NCBI GenBank assembly: GCA_036274175.1
Contig: DASUGF010000040.1
Coordinates: forward strand, 38,326-70,325
Direction of reading: 5' to 3'
DNA: 32,000 nt
Source: Parafilimonas sp.
Lineage (GTDB): Bacteria; Bacteroidota; Bacteroidia; Chitinophagales; Chitinophagaceae
Position numbers and translations under genes: made by a program. Under the pieces are notes generated by a model that saw only the letters and a program-made list of their open reading frames with translations, did not search any database and had not been told where the DNA came from. This document shows, in pieces, positions 7,657 through 15,061 of this stretch. Every line of letters starts with the position of its first letter. The first letter of the stretch is position 1.

Positions 7657-9165
7657 ATGCAGGAAACAATAGCAGCAAACAGGGTTGACACGGAAACAAA
7701 CATTGATGAAGTAATGCAACATGCGTTTGATGCATTCAATGAATACAAAAAATTATCTGCTCAAAAACGGGCGGTATTTTTAGAAGCTATTGCTGGGGAG
7801 ATCGAAAAATTGCGCGAGCAACTTGTTGCAGTGGCTAATACCGAAACCAATCTTCCTTTAGTGAGATTGAATGGTGAATTGACCCGCACTAATAACCAGC
7901 TTAAAATGTTTGCCAACTTAATTAAAGAAGGCAGTTGGGTGGAAGCCAGCATTGATACAGCGGATAATAACCGCACACCGCCGCGGCCGGATATACGCAA
8001 AATGCTTGTTCCGGTAGGACCCGTTATCGTTTTTGGGGCCAGCAATTTTCCATTCGCATTTTCAACTGCGGGTGGCGATACAGCGAGTGCACTAGCCTCC
8101 GGTTCAAGTGTAGTTATTAAAGGCCATTCAGCACATGCAAAAACTTCGCAACTTGTTCATAGTGCTATTAAAAAAGCAATTGAAGTTTCAGGTGTGCCTG
8201 CTAATACCGTACAGCATGTAATGGGTTCAGGCAATACGGTTGGCAAAGCATTGGTAATGCATCCATATACAAAAGGCGTTGGTTTTACCGGTTCATTTGC
8301 AGGCGGCAAAGCACTGGTTGAATATTCTAATCAACGCGAAATACCTGTTCCTGTTTTTGCGGAAATGAGCAGTATCAATCCTGTTGTTTTTTATCCCGAT
8401 ACCTTATCTAAAAATGCGGAGTCACTGGCAGCAATGTATGCTGCATCCATCACTTTAGGTGTAGGACAATTTTGCACCAATCCGGGTATCCTGCTTGGAT
8501 TACGTTCTGCAGCATTCGATAATTTTTTATCAGCTTTAGGAAAAGAAATTTCAAAAGTGCAGCCACAGAAAATGTTGCATACTGGTATATGCTCGTCTTA
8601 CGAAAAAGGATTGACTGAAATGCTCGACCAGCAGGGATTACAGGTAATCGCTCAATCCTCTTCACAGGCAAATGAAATGGAAGCCACCGCGCTTGTTGCA
8701 TCTGTGAGCGGTAAACATTTTCTGGAAAACAAACATTTTACAGAAGAGGTTTTTGGTCCATATTCATTGGCTATTATTTGTGATGATAACGCACAATTAA
8801 AGCAGTGCCTGCAAAATTTAAAAGGCCAGCTCACCTCAGCCATAATGGCTACCGAAAAAGACATACAAGATTATGCTGATGTTATTGAATTGCAGCATAC
8901 GCTTGCCGGAAGGATCTTATTGAATAATGCTCCAACAGGTGTTGAAGTTTGTTCAAGCATGGTGCATGGCGGTCCTTATCCAGCAACGACGGATGCGCGC
9001 TTTACATCGGTTGGCACTACGGCCATTAAGCGCTGGGTACGCCCAATCTGTTTACAGAATTTTAACGATGACATGTTGCCGGATGCTTTAAAGAACAATA
9101 ATCCGTTGGGCATTTTGCGATTGATTAATAATGTTTATACAAGAGATGCGGTGAATGCTAAATAA
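7657..9165 (+). CDS. NAD(P)-dependent aldehyde dehydrogenase; context suggests alpha-ketoglutarate semialdehyde dehydrogenase
   Basis: 502-aa ALDH-superfamily protein with catalytic Cys in GVGQFCTNPG, Glu in FAEMSSINP and a cofactor region GASNFPF...KGHSAH. Confidence 0.85.
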   Translation: MQETIAANRVDTETNIDEVMQHAFDAFNEYKKLSAQKRAVFLEAIAGEIEKLREQLVAVANTETNLPLVRLNGELTRTNNQLKMFANLIKEGSWVEASIDTADNNRTPPRPDIRKMLVPVGPVIVFGASNFPFAFSTAGGDTASALASGSSVVIKGHSAHAKTSQLVHSAIKKAIEVSGVPANTVQHVMGSGNTVGKALVMHPYTKGVGFTGSFAGGKALVEYSNQREIPVPVFAEMSSINPVVFYPDTLSKNAESLAAMYAASITLGVGQFCTNPGILLGLRSAAFDNFLSALGKEISKVQPQKMLHTGICSSYEKGLTEMLDQQGLQVIAQSSSQANEMEATALVASVSGKHFLENKHFTEEVFGPYSLAIICDDNAQLKQCLQNLKGQLTSAIMATEKDIQDYADVIELQHTLAGRILLNNAPTGVEVCSSMVHGGPYPATTDARFTSVGTTAIKRWVRPICLQNFNDDMLPDALKNNNPLGILRLINNVYTRDAVNAK

Positions 9166-9186
9166 TTTTCAAAAATCCAATAAAAC

Positions 9187-9457
9187 ACGTGGCATGCCTA
9201 CAGCACGCTCTATTATTGTCGCATATAATTTTTCTACCAATGTTAAGTGCCGATGGCACTGTGAAGAATGTAATTGCAGCATTATTCTTTGACGGGTATT
9301 ATGTTGTGAAAGCAACATTAATTTTCGTTTGGTCAGAAACGACACGTTGGCAGAAATGTAGCACGATTTAAACCGTTCCATCGGAACGGCATATGGGTAG
9401 AACGTTTGAAATACAATCATGCATTAAACCGTTGCATCGCAACGGAACGTGGATAAA
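9187..9457. repeat. Left REP-like multi-hairpin module flanking the RAYT gene
   Basis: A string of short hairpins: CGTGGCATGCCTACAGCACG (9188-9207), GTGCCgatGGCAC (9247-9259), CGTTTggtcagAAACG, CCGTTCCatcGGAACGG (9373-9389) and CCGTTGCatcGCAACGG (9429-9445). The same units recur in the same order at 9994-10260. Confidence 0.7.
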
Positions 9458-9530
9458 AATTTAATGGTTGAAAAATTATTTGTGCCGCAAAGGATTAATT
9501 TTATGTTTTCAACCATTCAAAATTTTTGCC

Positions 9531-9992
9531 ATGGCAAATACCTACACCCAATTACACATACAATTTGTATTCGCAGTAAAATACCGGGCAGCGTTGATCA
9601 ATAAAACATGGAACGACAAACTGCACGGCTATATTACCGGCATCATTCAGAATCATGAACATAAAATGTTACAGATAAACAGCATGCCGGACCATATCCA
9701 TATATTTATTGGAATGCGACCACATCAGTCTGTCTCCGCATTAATGCAAATTGTAAAATCTGAAAGTACCAGTTGGATCAATGAAAATGAATTTTGCGCT
9801 TTGCCATTTGCATGGCAGAAAGGTTATGGTGCATTTTCTTATGCAAAAAGCCAGGTGAATAATGTGATCAGGTATATACAGAACCAGGAGAAGCATCACA
9901 GCAAAGAAAATTTTTTAAATGAATACAGGAAATTTCTGACGGTCTTTGAAATTGATTGGGATGAACAATACATATTTAAAGAACCGGAATAG
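9531..9992 (+). CDS. REP-associated tyrosine transposase (RAYT; IS200/IS605-like Y1 HUH transposase), 153 aa
   Basis: ORF 9468-9992 starts at TTG; ATG 9531 preferred (MANTYTQLHIQFVFAVKYR...). It has the HUH motif in PDHIHIFIG and a C-terminal catalytic Tyr context (IRYIQNQEKHH). It is a single gene with no tnpB and sits between palindromic repeat arrays. Confidence 0.85.
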   Translation: MANTYTQLHIQFVFAVKYRAALINKTWNDKLHGYITGIIQNHEHKMLQINSMPDHIHIFIGMRPHQSVSALMQIVKSESTSWINENEFCALPFAWQKGYGAFSYAKSQVNNVIRYIQNQEKHHSKENFLNEYRKFLTVFEIDWDEQYIFKEPE

Positions 9993-9993
9993 C

Positions 9994-10260
9994 GCGTGGC
10001 GTGCCTACAGCACGCATTATTTTTGCGTAATATAAATGGCTGCCGATGTTAAGTGCCGATGGCACTATGAAGAATATTTATAACAGCATTATCATTCTCA
10101 AGGAAGCTATATTGCACAAAAAATGCATAATATTCGTTTCGGTAGAAACGAAACGTCGGTAGAGAAAATCATACAATTAATCCGTTTCATCGGAACGGCA
10201 TGTTGGTAGAAAATCATGCGAATAATATTTAATCGTTTCATCAACGATATGCATTTTGAA
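9994..10260. repeat. Right REP-like multi-hairpin module, a direct copy of 9187-9457
   Basis: It starts 2 nt after the RAYT stop codon. Units: CGTGGCGTGCCTACAGCACG (9995-10014), GTGCCgatGGCAC (10053-10065), CGTTTCGGTAGAAACGAAACGTCGGTAGAG, CCGTTTCatcGGAACGG (10182-10198) and CGTTTCATCAACG. They align colinearly with the left module. A degenerate extra copy of the first unit lies at 10396-10415. Confidence 0.7.
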
Positions 10261-10441
10261 TAAACGGCGGAGCGCGTGAGGGATAGAAGCGGAAAACCCA
10301 CAGCTGAGGCCTTTGCGTGCAGGTTTGTGGCGAGGATTTGCAGCGGATAGCCCGACACCAGTGCCGCCAATAATATTTTAAAATTAGGATGAATTCGTGC
10401 GGCATTGGTGGCACGCCTAAAACAATTTATTAAAATCAACA

Positions 10442-11443
10442 ATGAAGAAAACATTTTTTTGTATTGATGCGCATACATGCGGCAATCCTGTGAGATTGGT
10501 TGCAGGCGGAGGCCCGGATCTGCATGGAAAAAATATGAGTGAAAAGCGCCAGCATTTTTTAAAAGAATATGATTGGATCCGCAAAGGATTGATGTTTGAA
10601 CCACGTGGTCATAATATGATGAGCGGCAGCATTTTATATCCGCCGCATGATAATGAAAATGATGTGGCGGTTTTATTTATTGAAACAAGCGGCTGCCTGC
10701 CGATGTGTGGTCATGGGACCATTGGCACCATTACCATTGCTATTGAAGAAGGATTGATACAACCCAAAACACCTGGTATTGTTCGTATGGAAGCGCCTGC
10801 CGGTTTGGTGTTGATCAGTTACAAACAGGAAGGAAAGAAAGTAAGATCGGTGAAGCTGGTGAATGTTCCTGCGTTTTTAGCGGCTGAAAACATAGAAGTG
10901 GAATGTCCTGATCTTGGTATGTTGAAAGTAGATGTAAGCTATGGCGGTAATTTTTATGCAATCGTTGATGTGCAGGAAAACTTTAAAGGGCTACAGCATT
11001 ACAGCGCTGACCAATTAATTGGCTGGGCGCGTGTTATGCGTAAGCGCATCAATGAAACCAACACATTTGTGCATCCGGATGATGCCACTATCAATGGCTG
11101 CTCTCATATTTTATGGACTGGCGATGTGCTGGATAAAACATCTACGGCACGCAATGCTGTATTTTATGGTGATAAAGCTATTGACCGTTCTCCCTGCGGC
11201 ACGGGCACATCGGCCCGTATGGCGCAATGGTACGCGAAAGGCAAATTGAAAAAAGGTGATGCCTTTATACATGAAAGCATCATCGGTTCAAAATTCATTG
11301 GCACCATAGAAGAAGAGTTAACGGTTGGCGACAAGCCTGCCATTCGCCCGGGCATCGAGGGCTGGGCGAGGATATATGGTTATAATACGATATCGATCGA
11401 TCCGGAGGATGATCCGTACGCTTACGGTTTCCAGGTATTGTAA
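10442..11443 (+). CDS. Proline racemase-family enzyme with a Cys/Cys catalytic pair; probably 4-hydroxyproline 2-epimerase
   Basis: 333 aa. The first catalytic Cys is in SGCLPMCGHGTIG and the second in DRSPCGTGTSA. A Cys/Cys pair indicates an epimerase or racemase rather than a dehydratase. The neighbouring genes favour hydroxyproline as substrate. Confidence 0.85.
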   Translation: MKKTFFCIDAHTCGNPVRLVAGGGPDLHGKNMSEKRQHFLKEYDWIRKGLMFEPRGHNMMSGSILYPPHDNENDVAVLFIETSGCLPMCGHGTIGTITIAIEEGLIQPKTPGIVRMEAPAGLVLISYKQEGKKVRSVKLVNVPAFLAAENIEVECPDLGMLKVDVSYGGNFYAIVDVQENFKGLQHYSADQLIGWARVMRKRINETNTFVHPDDATINGCSHILWTGDVLDKTSTARNAVFYGDKAIDRSPCGTGTSARMAQWYAKGKLKKGDAFIHESIIGSKFIGTIEEELTVGDKPAIRPGIEGWARIYGYNTISIDPEDDPYAYGFQVL

Positions 11444-11486
11444 TACATTATGCTGAAACCCTATATTTGGCGCATAAAAATTATTC

Positions 11487-12938
11487 ATGCAGCAAACAGC
11501 TCAAAAAAATTTCAAACAATCATTCAGCCTGTTGGATGCCACCATGATCGTTGCCGGCTCTATGATCGGGTCTGGTATATTTCTCGTAAGCGCAGATATG
11601 ACGCGTACAGTTGGCTCGGCAGGTTGGCTCATTTTATTATGGATATTAACCGGCGTGCTTACTTTAATTGCTGCATTAAGCTATGGTGAACTCAGTGCGA
11701 TGTTTCCAAAAGCGGGCGGGCAGTATGTTTATCTAAAAGAAGCGTATAATCCACTCACCGGATTTTTATTCGGCTGGAGTTTTTTTGCAGTGATCCAGAC
11801 CGGAACTATTGCCGCAGTGGGCGTTGCTTTCAGCAAGTTTGCCGCTTATATTTTTCCAGGGCTTAGTGAGAATAATATACTTGCCGATTTAGGTTTTTTC
11901 AAAATTTCAGCGGCACAGATCACGTCTATTATATTAATTGTTTTCTTAACCGCTGTGAACACATTGGGTGTTAAAGAAGGAAAATTCATCCAGACATTTT
12001 TTACATTGGTTAAACTGGCTGCATTATTCGGACTGATCATATTTGGTTTCATCGGTATAAACAAAACAATCTGGAATGACAACTGGGCAACGGGCTTTTC
12101 ATTTGGCAAGATGGATGGTGATGCATTGATTCCTTATGTTGGTTTTGCCGCCATCGGTGCGATCTCCGGCGCTATGGTTGGCAGTTTATTCAGCAGCGAT
12201 AGCTGGAACAATGTAACTTTTATCGCCAACGAAATAAAGAACCCAAAACGCAATATTGGCCTGGCGCTTTTTTTGGGTACGCTTATCGTTACACTTATTT
12301 ATACAGCAACCAATTTTATGTACCTGGCGGTAATGCCATTACAGGGTATTGCTCATGCAGAAAACGACCGTGTTGGGGTGGAAGCTGCGAAAATTATTTT
12401 TGGAGGTGAGGGCACAAAGATCATTGCGGTGATGCTGATGATATCAACTTTTGGCTGTAACAACGGTTTGATATTATCCGGCGCAAGAGTGTATTATACT
12501 ATGGCAAAGGATGGTTTATTTTTTCAGCAGGTGGGCAAGCTGAATAAAAATGCAGTGCCTGCACGCGGCTTATGGATACAGTGTTTGTGGGCAAGTGTGT
12601 TGTGTTTAAGCGGTAAATATGGCGACCTGCTGGATTATATAATTTTTACGGTATTGATCTTTTACATATTGACCATCATCGGTATTTTTATTTTACGCAA
12701 AAAACGCCCTGATATTCCACGCACGTACAAAGCATTTGGCTACCCCGTATTGCCCATGTTGTATGTAATTGCCGCAAGCATAATTTGTGTTTCACTGTTG
12801 GTATATAAACCAAAGTTCACTTTTCCCGGCCTGGGCATTGTCTTGCTCGGCATTCCCATTTATTATTTTGTATGGAAACATAAGCATGTAGTAGAAGAAG
12901 CACCGGTGCAGGATGAAAGTTTTATCGAGCAATCCTAA
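11487..12938 (+). CDS. APC-superfamily amino acid permease
   Basis: 483 aa, about 12 hydrophobic segments, N-terminal GSMIGSGIFLVS motif. It lies 43 nt downstream of the epimerase gene, so it is a plausible substrate importer. Confidence 0.85.
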   Translation: MQQTAQKNFKQSFSLLDATMIVAGSMIGSGIFLVSADMTRTVGSAGWLILLWILTGVLTLIAALSYGELSAMFPKAGGQYVYLKEAYNPLTGFLFGWSFFAVIQTGTIAAVGVAFSKFAAYIFPGLSENNILADLGFFKISAAQITSIILIVFLTAVNTLGVKEGKFIQTFFTLVKLAALFGLIIFGFIGINKTIWNDNWATGFSFGKMDGDALIPYVGFAAIGAISGAMVGSLFSSDSWNNVTFIANEIKNPKRNIGLALFLGTLIVTLIYTATNFMYLAVMPLQGIAHAENDRVGVEAAKIIFGGEGTKIIAVMLMISTFGCNNGLILSGARVYYTMAKDGLFFQQVGKLNKNAVPARGLWIQCLWASVLCLSGKYGDLLDYIIFTVLIFYILTIIGIFILRKKRPDIPRTYKAFGYPVLPMLYVIAASIICVSLLVYKPKFTFPGLGIVLLGIPIYYFVWKHKHVVEEAPVQDESFIEQS

Positions 12939-13041
12939 TACCCGGATAATTGTGATGAAAAGTAAACGGTTGAGGCGTTAAAGGTAGATCTGGTAAATTA
13001 TCAAAACCTTAAATATCCACTGGTCGTAGCACAGAATTAAT

Positions 13042-13201
13042 ATAGTATAACAGTATTGTCCGGTTAACTTGGGCTAAAACCCGTTGGATAAGGATTCCGC
13101 TATATAGCCCCAGGCTTAAGCCTGGGGCTAGTGAAAACCAAGCCCATCAAGGGCTTTAGCCCAAGAATTAAAATTTTAGTCGGACAACAATGATAGTATA
13201 A
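13042..13201. mobile_element. MITE-like nested palindromic element (142 bp) with 9-bp flanking direct repeats
   Basis: Direct repeats ATAGTATAA at 13042-13050 and 13193-13201. Terminal inverted repeats CAGTATTGTCCGG (13051-13063) and TCGGACAACAATG (13180-13192) are 10 of 13 complementary. Inner inverted repeats CTTGGGCTAAAACCC (13068-13082) and GGGCTTTAGCCCAAG (13151-13165) are 14 of 15. There is a perfect 20-bp central palindrome CCCCAGGCTTAAGCCTGGGG (13108-13127). Confidence 0.5.
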
Positions 13202-13269
13202 TAAAAGATAAGCGACATTATCGCCTGCTTTTTTTCGGGTGTTCTGTTATTGTTGTGCTATGTAATTAT

Positions 13270-14184
13270 ATGCAACTTTTATTCGATCATATTGCCCGGC
13301 GCCTTTCTGAGCACTTTAATGAACCTGTTCAAATAACACATCGTCAACAAGTTTTTGGTGGTGATACCAATCACACATTTCATCTTAAAACCAGTATTGG
13401 CTCCTTCTTTTTAAAGCTGAACAACGGTCATTTAAAAGATATGTTTGAACGGGAATTTGAAGGCCTTCAATTATTGTATCAGACCAACACCATCAAGATA
13501 CCTCAGCCTGTTTTGTATGGAAGTTTTTCCGAAAACGCCCTTCCCGCAAAAACAGGAATCCACTCAAAACAGCAACAAATCTTCCTTATAACCGAATACA
13601 TTCAAAAGGGAAGTCCGTCAAAAAACTTCTGGCAAATATTTGCACATCAAATAACCGGACTACATAAACATTCCAACGATCAATTCGGCTTATCAACTAA
13701 TAATTATATCGGCTCACTCCCTCAACAAAATGGTTCCTGTAATAGCTGGGCTGAATTTTATGCAACACAGCGCATAATGCCGTTAATGCAGCTTTCGTTT
13801 AACCAAAACAAATGCAGCAAAAAAGACCTGCTATCGGCCGAAAGCTTATGCGGGCGTTTACCTGGTTTATTCCCGGCAGAGCAGCCGGCTTTATTACACG
13901 GTGATCTGTGGGCCGGCAATTTTATGAGTGGCGACAACGGTGAACCGATTATTTATGATCCTGCAGTATATTATGGCAACCGCGAAATGGATATTGCCAT
14001 GAGTTTATTATTTGGTGGCTTTGATAAAAGTTTTTACACCCATTATAATGAAGTTTTCCCGCTTCAGCCGGGTTGGGAACAAAGGACGCGGCTCTGCCAG
14101 CTTTACCCGCTATTGGTGCATCTTGTCTTATTTGGAGGACATTATTATAACAGCGTATTGGATATAATTAATGGGTACAATTAA
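13270..14184 (+). CDS. Fructosamine kinase-family protein (protein-kinase-like phosphotransferase)
   Basis: ORF 13255-14184 starts at GTG; ATG 13270 preferred. It has LLHGDLWAGNF (catalytic loop), IYDPAVYYGNREMDIAM and an N-terminal GGDTNHTFHLKT nucleotide-binding region, as in fructosamine-3-kinase-like proteins. Confidence 0.8.
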   Translation: MQLLFDHIARRLSEHFNEPVQITHRQQVFGGDTNHTFHLKTSIGSFFLKLNNGHLKDMFEREFEGLQLLYQTNTIKIPQPVLYGSFSENALPAKTGIHSKQQQIFLITEYIQKGSPSKNFWQIFAHQITGLHKHSNDQFGLSTNNYIGSLPQQNGSCNSWAEFYATQRIMPLMQLSFNQNKCSKKDLLSAESLCGRLPGLFPAEQPALLHGDLWAGNFMSGDNGEPIIYDPAVYYGNREMDIAMSLLFGGFDKSFYTHYNEVFPLQPGWEQRTRLCQLYPLLVHLVLFGGHYYNSVLDIINGYN

Positions 14185-14281
14185 AATGTTGCGCTAAAGT
14201 TTTGCCAGTAAAAAAAAACTTTTACCTTTCTGCCTTAATCGGTACGTCCTATCCTTCGATAATTAGCAAAACAACTGTAAA

Positions 14282-14896
14282 ATGAAAAAAAATCAAATCA
14301 CAGTTTTTATTATTGCATGCATTCTTTGTTTTTTATTTTACCGCTGCACCACTGCCACAGAAACTACAGGCATAACTAATGATTCGGCCTCATCTGATGC
14401 CAACCTCTACGCCGGTTACGCAAGCCAGGCAGAATGGGGCTCGCATCTGGTGGTCATCTGCGGTTGCAATGATTGCCATACGCCAAAGAAAATGACTGAC
14501 AAAGGGCCGGAAGCAGATACAAGCCTGATGCTTTCCGGCCACCCTTCAGAAATACCACCTCCCGTTCTATTACCAGACCAGGTGGCAAAGGGATTAGCAG
14601 CTACGTATGATCTTACTGCGTGGCACGGACCATGGGGAACCTCTTATGCTGCTAACCTTACACCCGATTCAACAGGACTTGGCAGTTGGTCGGAAGAACA
14701 GTTTATCACCTGTTTAAGACAAGGTTTATTTGGAGGGCTCCAGGGCTCAAGACCAATTATGCCGCCCATGCCCATAGCCGATTTCAGCAAAATGACCGAT
14801 GCGGAATTAAAGGCCATATTTGCCTTCCTGAAAACGATAAAGCCAATTCACAACGTGGTGCCGGACTACCAGCCACCAACCGGAACCGGCAAATAA
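14282..14896 (+). CDS. c-type cytochrome lipoprotein (single CxxCH)
   Basis: Signal and lipobox-like N-terminus (…CILCFLFYRCTT), a haem c motif CNDCH within VVICGCNDCHTPKK, and a Met/Pro-rich IMPPMP stretch that could provide the distal ligand. Confidence 0.7.
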   Translation: MKKNQITVFIIACILCFLFYRCTTATETTGITNDSASSDANLYAGYASQAEWGSHLVVICGCNDCHTPKKMTDKGPEADTSLMLSGHPSEIPPPVLLPDQVAKGLAATYDLTAWHGPWGTSYAANLTPDSTGLGSWSEEQFITCLRQGLFGGLQGSRPIMPPMPIADFSKMTDAELKAIFAFLKTIKPIHNVVPDYQPPTGTGK

Positions 14897-14918
14897 ATTT
14901 AGCTGCATTTTTATCCGG

Positions 14919-14947
14919 AGCCTGGTTTATAAATCCCGGCTTTTTTT
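14919..14947 (+). terminator. Probable intrinsic terminator after the cytochrome c gene
   Basis: AGCCTGG (14919-14925), 9-nt loop, CCCGGCT (14935-14941) with one internal mismatch, followed by a T7 run (14941-14947). Confidence 0.45.
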
Positions 14948-14988
14948 CAAGGAAAGTGGCTGTGGACAAGCGATTTGCAGGATCAGCC

Positions 14989-15023
14989 TTTGCAAATATT
15001 TTACCAGTATATTCCTACCTTTG
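14989..15023 (+). promoter_or_regulatory. Candidate ileS promoter
   Basis: TTTG (14989-14992), 23-nt spacer, TAccTTTG (15016-15023), 38 nt upstream of the ileS ATG. The spacer is slightly longer than the 19-21 nt consensus. Confidence 0.35.
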
Positions 15024-15061
15024 CACACTTTTATCAATTTAAAGGCAGGTATTTTAGGTTA

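Noticed and set aside
9169-10604. ORFs 9169-9420 (-), 9189-9371 (+) and 10107-10604 (-)
   Set aside because: They are translations of the REP-like hairpin arrays. The two - strand products share peptide strings (AVPMERFKS and AVPMKRIN) only because the DNA repeats are homologous. The 10107-10604 ORF also runs antisense into the epimerase start. None is credible as a gene.
14686-15042. 118-aa + strand ORF overlapping the cytochrome c 3' end and the ileS promoter region
   Set aside because: It is out of frame with the well-supported cytochrome gene and spans a terminator hairpin and promoter boxes. It has no motifs.
14975-15061. N-terminal extensions proposed by the ORF track for ileS (14975), the DUF2911 gene (1547), the RAYT gene (9468), the hydrolase gene (21746), gltX (28301), ispG (6456) and the beta-barrel gene (25877)
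   Set aside because: Some extensions use TTG or GTG codons (9468, 21746, 6456, 25877). Others overlap promoter or terminator signals or destroy an otherwise good signal peptide or conserved N-terminus. I preferred internal ATG starts.
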